From positions 25,048,001 to 25,112,000 of the forward strand of contig OZ024763.1 of NCBI GenBank assembly GCA_964016885.1: a DNA stretch of 64,000 bases, read 5' to 3'. The notes beneath the pieces were generated by a model that was not told the origin of the DNA, ran no database searches, and saw nothing but the letters and a program-made list of their open reading frames with translations. Below, one piece after another: positions 1-15,100 of this stretch. Numbering within the stretch: the stretch's first letter is position 1; every line of letters begins with the position of its first letter. Source of the DNA: Eledone cirrhosa (Eukaryota). The translations under genes were made by a program, and so were the position numbers.

Positions 1-3000
1 TCACGTTACTCCAGTCCACTGTGTCCTTCAACAAGACACTTTATTTCACGTTACTCCAGTCCACTGTGTCCTTCAACAAGACACTTTATTTCACGTTACT
101 CCAGTCCACTGTGTCCTTCAACAAGACACTTTATTTCACGTTACTCCAGTCCACTGTGTCCTTCAACAAGACACTTTATTTCACGTTACTCCAGTCCACT
201 GTGTCCTTCAACAAGACACTTTATTTCACGTTACTCCAGTCCACTGTGTCCTTCAACAAGACACTTTATTTCACGTTACTCCAGTCCACTGTGTCCTTCA
301 ACAAGACACTTTATTTCACGTTACTCCAGTCCACTGTGTCCTTCAACAAGACACTTTATTTCACGTTACTCCAGTCCACTGTGTCCTTCAACAAGACACT
401 TTATTTCACGTTACTCCAGTCCAGTATGTCCTTGAACAAGACACTTTATTTCACGTTACTCCAGTCCACTATGTCCTTGAACAAGACACTTTATTTCACG
501 TTACTCCAGTCCACTGTGTCCTTGAACAAGACACTTTATTTCACGTTACTCCAGTCCACTATGTCCTTCAACAAGACACTTTATTTCACGTTACTCCAGT
601 CCACTATGTCCTTCAACAAGACACTTTATTTCACGTTGCTCCAGTCCACTATGTCCTTCAACAAGACACTTTATTTCACGTTACTCCAGTCCACTATGTC
701 CTTCAACAAGACACTTTATTTCACGGTGCTCCAGTCCACTATGTCCTTCAACAAGACACTTTATTTCACGTTACTGCAGTCCAGTATGTCCTTGAACAAG
801 ACACTTTATTTCACGTTACTCCAGTCCACTATGTCCTTGAACAAGACACTTTATTTCACGTTACTCCAGTCCACTGTGTCCTTCAACAAGACACTTTACT
901 TCACGTTGCTCCAGTCCACTGTGTCCTTGAACAAGACACTTTATTTCACGTTACTCCAGTCCACTGTGTCCTTCAACAAGACACTTTATTTCACGTTGCT
1001 CCAGTCCACTGTGTCCTTGAACAAGACACTTTATTTCACGTTACTCCAGTCCACTGTGTCCTTGAACAAGACACTTTATTACACGTTACTCCAGTCCACT
1101 GTGTCCTTGAACAAGACACTTTATTACACGTTACTCCAGTCCACTGTGTCCTTCAACAAGACACTTTATTACACGTTACTCCAGTCCACTGTGTCCTTGA
1201 ACAAGACACTTTATTACACGTTACTCCAGTCCACTGTGTCCTTGAACAAGACACTTTATTACACGTTACTCCAGTCCACTGTGTCCTTGAACAAGACACT
1301 TTATTACACGTTACTCCAGTCCGCTGTGTCCTTGAACAAGACACTTTATTTCACGTTACTCCAGTCCACTGTGTCCTTCAACAAGACACTTTATTACACG
1401 TTACTCCAGTCCACTGTGTCCTTGAACAAGACACTTTAATACACGTTACTCCAGTCCACTGTGTCCTTGAACAAGACACTTTATTACACGTTACTCCAGT
1501 CCACTGTGTCCTTGAACAAGACACTTTATTACACGTTACTCCAGTCCACTGTGTCCTTGAACAAGACACTTTATTTCACGTTACTCCAGTCCACTGTGTC
1601 CTTCAACAAGACACTTTATTACACGTTACTCCAGTCCACTGTGTCCTTGAACAAGACACTTTATTACACGTTACTCCAGTCCACTGTGTCCTTGAACAAG
1701 ACACTTTATTTCACGTTACTCCAGTCCACTGTGTCCTTCAACAAGACACTTTATTTCACGTTACTCCAGTCCACTGTGTCCTTCAACAAGACACTTTATT
1801 TCACGTTACTCCAGTCCAGTATGTCCTTCAACAAGACACTTTATTTCACGTTACTCCAGTCCACGTTGTCCTTGAGCAAGACACTTTATTTCACGTTACT
1901 CCAGTCCAGTATGTCCTTCAACAAGACACTTTATTTCACGTTACTCCAGTCCACTGTGTCCTTCAACAAGACACTTTATTACACGTTACTCCAGTCCACT
2001 GTGTCCTTGAACAAGACACTTTATTTCACGTTACTCCAGTCCACTGTGTCCTTCAACAAGACACTTTATTACACGTTACTCCAGTCCACTGTGTCCTTGA
2101 ACAAGACACTTTATTACACGTTACTCCAGTCCACTGTGTCCTTCAACAAGACACTTTATTACACGTTACTCCAGTCCACTGTGTCCTTGAACAAGACACT
2201 TTATTACACGTTACTCCAGTCCACTGTGTCCTTGAACAAGACACTTTATTTCACGTTACTCCAGTCCACTGTGTCCTTCAACAAGACACTTTATTTCACG
2301 TTGCTCCAGTCCACTGTGTCCTTGAACAAGACACTTTATTTCACGTTGCTCCAGTCCAATGTGTCCTTGAACAAGACACTTTATTTCACGTTGCTGCAGT
2401 CCAGTATGTCCTTCAACATGACACTTTATTTCACGTTACTCCAGTCCACTATGTCCTTCAACAAGACACTTTATTTCACGTTACTCCAGTCCACTGTGTC
2501 CTTGAACAAGACACTTTATTTCACGTTACTCCAGTCCACTGTGTCCTTCAACAAGACACTTTATTTCACGTTACTCCAGTCCACTGTGTCCTTGAACAAG
2601 ACACTTTATTTCACGTTACTCCAGTCCACTGTGTCCTTGAACAAGACACTTTATTTCACGTTACTCCAGTCCACTGTGTCCTTCAACAAGACACTTTATT
2701 TCACGTTACTCCAGTCCACTGTGTCCTTCAACAAGACACTTTATTTCACGTTACTCCAGTCCACTGTGTCCTTCAACAAGACACTTTATTTCACGTTACT
2801 CCAGTCCACTGTGTCCTTCAACAAGACACTTTATTTCACGTTACTCCAGTCCACTGTGTCCTTCAACAAGACACTTTATTTCACGTTACTCCAGTCCACT
2901 GTGTCCTTCAACAAGACACTTTATTTCACGTTACTCCAGTCCACTGTGTCCTTCAACAAGACACTTTATTTCACGTTACTCCAGTCCACTGTGTCCTTCA

Positions 3001-6000
3001 ACAAGACAATTTATTTCACGTTACTCCAGTCCACTGTGTCCTTCAACAAGACACTTTATTTCACGTTACTCCAGTCCACTGTGTCCTTCAACAAGACACT
3101 TTATTTCACGTTACTCCAGTCCAGTATGTCCTTGAACAAGACACTTTATTTCACGTTACTCCAGTCCACTATGTCCTTGAACAAGACACTTTATTTCACG
3201 TTACTCCAGTCCACTGTGTCCTTGAACAAGACACTTTATTTCACGTTACTCCAGTCCACTATGTCCTTCAACAAGACACTTTATTTCACGTTACTCCAGT
3301 CCACTATGTCCTTCAACAAGACACTTTATTTCACGTTGCTCCAGTCCACTATGTCCTTCAACAAGACACTTTATTTCACGTTGCTCCAGTCCACTATGTC
3401 CTTCAACAAGACACTTTATTTCACGTTACTCCAGTCCACTATGTCCTTCAACAAGACACTTTATTTCACGGTGCTCCAGTCCACTATGTCCTTCAACAAG
3501 ACACTTTATTTCACGTTACTGCAGTCCAGTATGTCCTTCAACAAGACACTTTATTTCACGTTACTCCAGTCCACTGTGTCCTTGAACAAGACACTTTATT
3601 TCACGTTACTCCAGTCCACTGTGTCCTTCAACAAGACACTTTACTTCACGTTGCTCCAGTCCACTGTGTCCTTGAACAAGACACTTTATTACACGTTACT
3701 CCAGTCCACTGTGTCCTTCAACAAGACACTTTATTTCACGTTGCTCCAGTCCACTGTGTCCTTCAACAAGACACTTTATTACACGTTACTCCAGTCCACT
3801 GTGTCCTTGAACAAGACACTTTATTACACGTTACTCCAGTCCACTGTGTCCTTGAACAAGACACTTTATTACACGTTACTCCAGTCCACTGTGTCCTTGA
3901 ACAAGACACTTTATTACACGTTACTCCAGTCCACTGTGTCCTTGAACAAGACACTTTATTTCACGTTACTCCAGTCCACTGTGTCCTTCAACAAGACACT
4001 TTATTACACGTTACTCCAGTCCACTGTGTCCTTGAACAAGACACTTTATTACACGTTACTCCAGTCCACTGTGTCCTTGAACAAGACACTTTATTTCACG
4101 TTACTCCAGTCCACTGTGTCCTTCAACAAGACACTTTATTACACGTTACTCCAGTCCACTGTGTCCTTGAACAAGACACTTTATTACACGTTACTCCAGT
4201 CCACTGTGTCCTTGAACAAGACACTTTATTACACGTTACTCCAGTCCACTGTGTCCTTGAACAAGACACTTTATTTCACGTTACTCCAGTCCACTGTGTC
4301 CTTGAACAAGACACTTTATTTCACGTTACTCCAGTCCACTATGTCCTTCAACAAGACACTTTATTTCACGTTACTCCAGTCCACTATGTCCTTCAACAAG
4401 ACACTTTATTTCACGTTGCTCCAGTCCACTATGTCCTTCAACAAGACACTTTATTTCACGTTGCTCCAGTCCACTATGTCCTTCAACAAGACACTTTATT
4501 TCACGTTACTCCAGTCCACTATGTCCTTCAACAAGACACTTTATTTCACGTTGCTCCAGTCCACTATGTCCTTCAACAAGACACTTTATTTCACGTTACT
4601 GCAGTCCAGTATGTCCTTGAACAAGACACTTTATTTCACGTTACTCCAGTCCACTATGTCCTTGAACAAGACACTTTATTTCACGTTACTCCAGTCCACT
4701 GTGTCCTTGAACAAGACACTTTATTACACGTTACTCCAGTCCACTGTGTCCTTGAACAAGACACTCTATTTCACGTTACTCCAGTCCACTGTGTCCTTCA
4801 ACAAGACACTTTATTACACGTTACTCCAGTCCACTGTGTCCTTGAACAAGACACTTTATTACACGTTACTCCAGTCCACTGTGTCCTTCAACAAGACACT
4901 TTATTACACGTTACTCCAGTCCACTGTGTCCTTGAACAAGACACTTTATTACACGTTACTCCAGTCCACTATGTCCTTGAACAAGACACTTTATTACACG
5001 TTACTCCAGTCCACTGTGTCCTTGAACAAGACACTTTATTTCACGTTACTCCAGTCCACTGTGTCCTTCAACAAGACACTTTATTTCACGTTACTCCAGT
5101 CCACTGTGTCCTTCAACAAAACACTTTATTTCACGTTACTCCAGTCCACTGTGTCCTTCAACAAGACACTTTATTTCACGTTACTCCAGTCCACTGTGTC
5201 CTTCAACAAGACACTTTATTACACGTTACTCCAGTCCACTGTGTCCTTCAACAAGACACTTTATTTCACGTTACTCCAGTCCACTGTGTCCTTCAACAAG
5301 ACACTTTATTTCACGTTACTCCAGTCCACTGTGTCCTTCAACAAAACACTTTATTTCACGTTACTCCAGTCCACTGTGTCCTTCAACAAGACACTTTATT
5401 TCACGTTACTCCAGTCCAGTATGTCCTTGAACAAGACACTTTTTTTCACGTTACTCCAGTCCACGTTGTCCTTGAGCAAGACACTTTATTTCACGTTACT
5501 CCAGTCCAGTATGTCCTTCAACAAGACACTTTATTTCACGTTACTCCAGTCCACTGTGTCCTTCAACAAGACACTTTATTTCACGTTACTCCAGTCCACT
5601 GTGTCCTTGAACAAGACACTTTATTTCACGTTACTCCAGTCCACTGTGTCCTTCAACAAGACACTTTATTTCACGTTGCTCCAGTCCACTGTGTCCTTGA
5701 ACAAGACACTTTATTTCACGTTGCTCCAGTCCACTGTGTCCTTGAACAAGACACTTTATTTCACGTTGCTGCAGTCCAGTATGTCCTTCAACATGACACT
5801 TTATTTCACGTTACTCCAGTCCACTATGTCCTTCAACAAGACACTTTATTTCACGTTACTCCAGTCCACTGTGTCCTTGAACAAGACACTTTATTTCACG
5901 TTACTCCAGTCCACTGTGTCCTTGAACAAGACACTTTATTTCACGTTACTCCAGTCCACTGTGTCCTTGAACAAGACACTTTATTTCACGTTACTCCAGT

Positions 6001-9000
6001 CCACTGTGTCCTTGAACAAGACACTTTATTTCACGTTACTCCAGTCCACTGTGTCCTTCAACAAGACACTTTATTTCACGTTACTCCAGTCCACTGTGTC
6101 CTTCAACAAGACACTTTATTTCACGTTACTCCAGTCCACTGTGTCCTTCAACAAGACACTTTATTTCACGTTACTCCAGTCCACTGTGTCCTTCAACAAG
6201 ACACTTTATTTCACGTTACTCCAGTCCACTGTGTCCTTCAACAAGACACTTTATTTCACGTTACTCCAGTCCCCTGTGTCCTTCAACAAGACACTTTATT
6301 TCACGTTACTCCAGTCCACTGTGTCCTTCAACAAGACACTTTATTTCACGTTACTCCAGTCCACTGTGTCCTTCAACAAGACACTTTATTTCACGTTACT
6401 CCAGTCCACTGTGTCCTTCAACAAGACACTTTATTTCACGTTACTCCAGTCCACTGTGTCCTTCAACAAGACACTTTATTTCACGTTACTCCAGTCCAGT
6501 ATGTCCTTGAACAAGACACTTTATTTCACGTTACTCCAGTCCACTGTGTCCTTGAACAAGACACTTTATTTCACGTTACTCCAGTCCACTATGTCCTTCA
6601 ACAAGACACTTTATTTCACGTTACTCCAGTCCACTATGTCCTTCAACAAGACACATTATTTCACGTTGCTCCAGTCCACTATGTCCTTCAACAAGACACT
6701 TTATTTCACGTTGCTCCAGTCCACTATGTCCTTCAACAAGACACTTTATTTCACGTTACTCCAGTCCACTATGTCCTTCAACAAGACACTTTATTTCACG
6801 TTGCTCCAGTCCACTATGTCCTTCAACAAGACACTTTATTTCACGTTACTGCAGTCCAGTATGTCCTTGAACAAGACACTTTATTTCACGTTACTCCAGT
6901 CCACTATGTCCTTGAACAAGACACTTTATTTCACGTTACTCCAGTCCACTGTGTCCTTCAACAAGACACTTTATTTCACGTTGCTCCAGTCCACTGTGTC
7001 CTTGAACAAGACACTTTATTTCACGTTACTCCAGTCCACTGTGTCCTTCAACAAGACACTTTATTTCACGTTGCTCCAGTCCACTGTGTCCTTGAACAAG
7101 ACACTTTATTTCACGTTACTCCAGTCCACTGTGTCCTTGAACAAGACACTTTATTTCACGTTACTCCAGTCCACTATGTCCTTCAACAAGACACTTTATT
7201 TCACGTTGCTCCAGTCCACTATGTCCTTCAACAAGACACTTTATTTCACGTTGCTCCAGTCCACTATGTCCTTCAACAAGACACTTTATTTCACGTTGCT
7301 CCAGTCCACTATGTCCTTCAACAAGACACTTTATTTCACGTTACTCCAGTCCACTATGTCCTTCAACAAGACACTTTATTTCACGTTGCTCCAGTCCACT
7401 ATGTCCTTCAACAAGACACTTTATTTCACGTTACTGCAGTCCAGTATGTCCTTGAACAAGACACTTTATTTCACGTTACTCCAGTCCACTATGTCCTTGA
7501 ACAAGACACTTTATTTCACGTTACTCCAGTCCACTGTGTCCTTCAACAAGACACTTTATTTCACGTTGCTCCAGTCCACTGTGTCCTTGAACAAGACACT
7601 TTATTTCACGTTACTCCAGTCCACTGTGTCCTTCAACAAGACACTTTATTTCACGTTGCTCCAGTCCACTGTGTCCTTGAACAAGACACTTTATTTCACG
7701 TTACTCCAGTCCACTGTGTCCTTGAACAAGACACTTTATTACACGTTACTCCAGTCCACTGTGTCCTTGAACAAGACACTTTATTACACGTTACTCCAGT
7801 CCACTGTGTCCTTCAACAAGACACTTTATTACACGTTACTCCAGTCCACTGTGTCCTTGAACAAGACACTTTATTACACGTTACTCCAGTCCACTGTGTC
7901 CTTGAACAAGACACTTTATTTCACGTTACTCCAGTCCACTGTGTCCTTGAACAAGACACTTTATTACACGTTACTCCAGTCCACTGTGTCCTTGAACAAG
8001 ACACTTTATTTCACGATACTCCAGTCCACTGTGTCCTTCAACAAGACACTTTATTACACGTTACTCCAGTCCACTGTGTCCTTGAACAAGACACTTTATT
8101 ACACGTTACTCCAGTCCACTGTGTCCTTCAACAAGACACTTTATTACACGTTACTCCAGTCCACTGTGTCCTTGAACAAGACACTTTATTACACGTTACT
8201 CCAGTCCACTGTGTCCTTGAACAAGACACTTTATTACACGTTACTCCAGTCCACTGTGTCCTTCAACAAGACACTTTATTACACGTTACTCCAGTCCACT
8301 GTGTCCTTGAACAAGACACTTTATTTCACGTTACTCCAGTCCACTGTGTCCTTGAACAAGACACTTTATTACACGTTACTCCAGTCCACTGTGTCCTTGA
8401 ACAAGACACTTTATTACACGTTACTCCAGTCCACTGTGTCCTTGAACAAGACACTTTATTTCACGTTACTCCAGTCCACTGTGTCCTTCAACAAGACACT
8501 TTATTACACGTTACTCCAGTCCACTGTGTCCTTGAACAAGACACTTTATTACACGTTACTCCAGTCCACTGTCTCCTTCAACAAGACACTTTATTACACG
8601 TTACTCCAGTCCACTGTGTCCTTGAACAAGACACTTTATTACACGTTACTCCAGTCCACTGTATCCTTGAACAAGACACTTTATTACACGTTACTCCAGT
8701 CCACTGTGTCCTTGAACAAGACACTTTATTACACGTTACTCCAGTCCACTGTGTCCTTGAACAAGACACTTTATTACACGTTACTCCAGTCCACTGTGTC
8801 CTTGAACAAGACACTTTATTACACGTTACTCCAGTCCACTGTGTCCTTGAACAAGACACTTTATTACACGTTACTCCAGTCCACTGTGTCCTTGAACAAG
8901 ACACTTTATTACACGTTACTCCAGTCCACTGTGTCCTTGAACAAGACACTTTATTACACGTTACTCCAGTCCACTGTGTCCTTGAACAAGACACTTTATT

Positions 9001-9199
9001 ACACGTTACTCCAGTCCACTGTGTCCTTGAACAAGACACTTTATTACACGTTACTCCAGTCCACTGTGTCCTTGAACAAGACACTTTATTACACGTTACT
9101 CCAGTCCACTGTGTCCTTGAACAAGACACTTTATTACACGTTACTCCAGTCCACTGTGTCCTTGAACAAGACACTTTATTACACGTTACTCCAGTCCAC

Positions 9200-12100
9200 T
9201 GTGTCCTTGAACAAGACACTTTATTTCACGTTACTCCAGTCCACTGTGTCCTTCAACAAGACACTTTATTTCACGTTACTCCAGTCCACTATGTCCTTGA
9301 ACAAGACACTTTATTACACGTTACTCCAGTCCACTATGTCCTTGAACAAGACACTTTATTTCACGTTACTCCAGTCCACTATGTCCTTGAACAAGACACT
9401 TTATTTCACGTTACTCCAGTCCACTATGTCCTTCAGCAAGACACTTTATTTCACGTTACTCCAGTCCACTGTGTCCTTGAGCAAGACACTTTATTTCACG
9501 TTACTCCAGTCCACTGTGTCCTTCAACAAGACACTTTATTTCACGTTACTCCAGTCCACCGTGTCCTTGAGCAAGACACTTTATTTCACGTTGCTCCAGT
9601 CCACTATGTCCTTCAGCAAGACACTTTATTTCACGTTACTCCAGTCCACCGTGTCCTTGAGCAAGACACTTTATTTCACGTTGCTCCAGTCCACTATGTC
9701 CTTCAACAAGACACTTTATTTCACGTTACTCCAGTCCAGTATGTCCTTCAACAAGACACTTTATTTCACGTTACTCCAGTCCAGTATGTCCTTCAACAAG
9801 ACACTTTATTTCACGTTACTCCAGTCCACTATGTCCTTCAACAAGACACTTTATTTCACGTTACTCCAGTCCACTATGTCCTTCAACAAGACACTTTATT
9901 TCACGTTACTCCAGTCCAGTATGTCCTTCAACAAGACACTTTATTTCACGTTACTCCAGTCCAGTATGTCCTTCAACAAGACACTTTATTTCACGTTACT
10001 CCAGTCCAGTATGTCCTTCAACAAGACACTTTATTTCACGTTACTCCAGTCCACTATGTCCTTCAACAAGACACTTTATTTCACGTTACTCCAGTCCACT
10101 ATGTCCTTCAACAAGACACTTTATTTCACGTTACTCCAGTCCAGTATGTCCTTCAACAAGACACTTTATTTGACGTTACTCCAGTCCAGTATGTCCTTCA
10201 ACAAGACACTTTATTTCACGTTACTCCAGTCCAGTATGTCCTTCAACAAGACACTTTATTTCACGTTACTCCAGTCCACTATGTCCTTCAACAAGACAAT
10301 TTATTTCACGTTACTCCAGTCCACTATGTCCTTCAACAAGACACTTTATTTCACGTTACTCCAGTCCAGTATGTCCTTCAACAAGACACTTTATTTCACG
10401 TTACTCCAGTCCAGTATGTCCTTCAACAAGACACTTTATTTCACGTTACTCCAGTCCAGTATGTCCTTCAACAAGACACTTTATTTCACGTTACTCCAGT
10501 CCACTATGTCCTTCAACAAGACACTTTATTTCACGTTACTCCAGTCCACTATGTCCTTCAACAAGACACTTTATTTCACGTTACTCCAGTCCAGTATGTC
10601 CTTCAACAAGACACTTTATTTCACGTTACTCCAGTCCAGTATGTCCTTCAACAAGACACTTTATTTCACGTTACTCCAGTCCAGTATGTCCTTCAACAAG
10701 ACACTTTATTTCACGTTACTCCAGTCCACTATGTCCTTCAACAAGACACTTTATTTCACGTTACTCCAGTCCACTATGTCCTTCAACAAGACACTTTATT
10801 TCACGTTACTCCAGTCCAGTATGTCCTTCAACAAGACACTTTATTTCACGTTACTCCAGTCCACTATGTCCTTCAACAAGACACTTTATTTCACGTTACT
10901 CCAGTCCACTATGTCCTTCAACAAGACACTTTATTTCACGTTACTCCAGTCCAGTATGTCCTTCAACAAGACACTTTATTTCACGTTACTCCAGTCCACT
11001 ATGTCCTTCAACAAGACACTTTATTTCACGTTACTCCAGTCCAGTATGTCCTTCAACAAGACACTTTATTTCACGTTACTCCAGTCCAGTATGTCCTTCA
11101 ACAAGACACTTTATTTCACGTTACTCCAGTCCACTATGTCCTTCAACAAGACACTTTATTTCACGTTACTCCAGTCCACTATGTCCTTCAACAAGACACT
11201 TTATTTCACGTTACTCCAGTCCACTATGTCCTTCAACAAGACACTTTATTTCACGTTACTCCAGTCCACTGTGTCCTTGAACAAGACACTTTATTTCACG
11301 TTACTCCAGTCCACTGTGTCCTTCAACAAGACACTTTATTTCACGTTACTCCAGTCCACTGTGTCCTTCAACAAGACACTTTATTTCACGTTACTCCAGT
11401 CCACTGTGTCCTTGAACAAGACACTTTATTTCACGTTACTCCAGTCCACTGTGTCCTTGAACAAGACACTTTATTTCACGTTACTCCAGTCCACTATGTC
11501 CTTCAACAAGACACTTTATTTCACGTTACTCCAGTCCACTGTGTCCTTCAACAAGACACTTTATTTCACGTTACTCCAGTCCACTGTGTCCTTGAACAAG
11601 ACACTTTATTTCACGTTACTCCAGTCCAGTATGTCCTTGAACAAGACACTTTATTACACGTTGCTCCAGTCCACTGTGTCCTTCAACAAGACACTTTAAT
11701 TCACGTTACTCCAGTCCACTATGTCCTTGAACAAGACACTTTATTTCACGTTACTCCAGTCCACTATGTCCTTCAACAAGACACTTTATTTCACGTTACT
11801 CCAGTCCACTGTGTCCTTGAACAAGACACTTTATTTCACGTTACTCCAGTCCACTGTGTCCTTCAACAAGACACTTTATTTCACGTTACTCCAGTCCACT
11901 GTGTCCTTCAACAAGACACTTTATTTCACGTTACTCCAGTCCACTGTGTCCTTGAACAAGACACTTTATTTCACGTTACTCCAGTCCACTGTGTCCTTCA
12001 ACAAGACACTTTATTTCACGTTACTCCAGTCCACTGTGTCCTTCAACAAGACACTTTATTTCACGTTACTCCAGTCCACTATGTCCTTCAACAAGACACT

Positions 12101-15100
12101 TTATTTCACGTTACTCCAGTCCACTGTGTCCTTCAACAAGACACTTTATTTCACGTTACTCCAGTCCACTATGTCCTTGAACAAGACACTTTATTTCACG
12201 TTACTCCAGTCCACTGTGTCCTTCAACAAGACACTTTATTTCACGTTACTCCAGTCCACTGTGTCCTTCAACAAGACACTTTATTTCACGTTACTCCAGT
12301 CCAGTATGTCCTTGAACAAGACACTTTATTTCACGTTACTCCAGTCCACTATGTCCTTGAACAAGACACTTTATTTCACGTTACTCCAGTCCACTGTGTC
12401 CTTCAACAAGACACTTTATTTCACGTTACTCCAGTCCACTGTGTCCTTCAACAAGACACTTTATTTCACGTTACTCCAGTCCACTGTGTCCTTCAACAAG
12501 ACACTTTATTTCACGTTACTCCAGTCCACTGTGTCCTTCAACAAGACACTTTAATTCACGTTACTCCAGTCCACTATGTCCTTGAACAAGACACTTTATT
12601 TCACGTTACTCCAGTCCACTGTCTCCTTCAACAAGACACTTTATTTCACGTTGCTCCAGTCCACTGTGTCCTTCAACAAGACACTTTATTTCACGTTACT
12701 CCAGTCCACTGTGTCCTTCAACAAGACACTTTATTTCACGTTGCTCCAGTCCACTGTGTCCTTCAACAAGACACTTTATTTCACGTTACTCCAGTCCACT
12801 GTGTCCTTCAACAAGACACTTTATTTCACGTTGCTCCAGTCCACTGTGTCCTTCAACAAGACACTTTATTTCACGTTGCTCCAGTCCACTGTGTCCTTCA
12901 ACAAGACACTTTATTTCACGTTACTCCAGTCCACTATGTCCTTCAGCAAGTCACTTTATTTCACGTTGCTGCAGTCCACTATGTCCTTGAACAAGACACT
13001 TTATTTCACGTTGCTCCAGTCCACTGTGTCCTTCAACAAGACACTTTATTTCACGTTACTCCAGTCCACTGTGTCCTTGAACAAGACACTTTATTTCACG
13101 TTACTCCAGTCCAGTATGTCCTTCAACAAGACACTTTATTTCACGTTACTCCAGTCCAGTATGTCCTTCAACAAAACACTTTATTTCACGTTACTCGAGT
13201 CCACTATGTCTTTCAACAAGACACTTTATTTCACGTTACTCCAGTCCACTGTGTCCTTGAACAAGACACTTTATTTCACGTTACTCCAGTCCACTGTGTC
13301 CTTGAACAAGACACTTTATTTCACGTTACTCCAGTCCACTGTGTCCTTCAACAAGACACTTTATTTCACGTTGCTCCAGTCCAGTATGTCCTTCAACAAG
13401 ACACTTTATTTCACGTTACTCCAGTCCACTGTGTCCTTGAACAAGACACTTTATTTCACGTTACTCCAGTCCAGTATGTCCTTGAACAAGACACTTTATT
13501 TCACGTTACTCCAGTCCAGTATGTCCTTCAACAAGACACTTTATTTCACGTTACTCCAGTCCACTGTGTCCTTGAACAAGACACTTTATTTCACGTTACT
13601 CCAGTCCACTGTGTCCTTGAACAAGACACTTTATTTCACGTTACTCCAGTCCACGTTGTCCTTGAACAAGACACTTTATTTCACGTTACTCCAGTCCACT
13701 GTGTCCTTGAACAAGACACTTTATTTCACGTTACTCCAGTCCACTATGTCCTTGAACAAGACACTTTATTTCACGTTACTCCAGTCCACTATGTCCTTCA
13801 ACAAGACACTTTATTTCACGTTACTCCAGTCCACTGTGTCCTTCAACAAGACACTTTATTTCACGTTACTCCAGTCCACTATGTCCTTCAACAAGACACT
13901 TTATTACACGTTACTCCAGTCCACTGTGTCCTTGAACAAGACACTTTATTTCACGTTACTCCAGTCCACTATGTCCTTCAACAAGACACTTTATTTCACG
14001 TTGCTCCAGTCCACTATGTCCTTCAACAAGACACTTTATTTCACGTTACTCCAGTCCACTATGTCCTTCAACAAGACACTTTATTTCACGTTACTCCAGT
14101 CCACTGTGTCCTTCAACAAGACACTTTATTTCACGTTACTCCAGTCCACTATGTCCTTGAACAAGACACTTTATTTCACGTTACTCCAGTCCACGTTGTC
14201 CTTGAGCAAGACACTTTATTTCACGTTACTCCAGTCCAGTATGTCCTTCAACAAGACACTTTATTTCACGTTACTCCAGTCCACTGTGTCCTTCAACAAG
14301 ACACTTTATTTCACGTTACTCCAGTCCACTGTGTCCTTGAACAAGACACTTTATTTCACGTTACTCCAGTCCACTGTGTCCTTCAACAAGACACTTTATT
14401 TCACGTTGCTCCAGTCCACTGTGTCCTTGAACAAGACACTTTATTTCACGTTGCTCCAGTCCACTGTGTCCTTGAACAAGACACTTTATTTCACGTTACT
14501 CCAGTCCAGTATGTCCTTGAACAAGACACTTTATTTCACGTTACTCCAGTCCAGTATGTCCTTGAACAAGACACTTTATTTCACGTTACTCCAGTCCACT
14601 ATGTCCTTGAACAAGACACTTTATTTCACGTTACTCCAGTCCACTGTGTCCTTGAACAAGACACTTTATTTCACGTTACTCCAGTCCACTATGTCCTTCA
14701 ACAAGACACTTTATTTCACGTTACTCCAGTCCACTATGTCCTTCAACAAGACACTTTATTTCACGTTGCTCCAGTCCACTATGTCCTTCAACAAGACACT
14801 TTATTTCACGTTGCTCCAGTCCACTATGTCCTTCAACAAGACACTTTATTTCACGTTACTCCAGTCCACTATGTCCTTCAACAAGACACTTTATTTCACG
14901 GTGCTCCAGTCCACTATGTCCTTCAACAAGACACTTTATTTCACGTTACTGCAGTCCAGTATGTCCTTGAACAAGACACTTTATTTCACGTTACTCCAGT
15001 CCACTATGTCCTTGAACAAGACACTTTATTTCACGTTACTCCAGTCCACTGTGTCCTTCAACAAGACACTTTACTTCACGTTCTCCAGTCCACTGTGTCC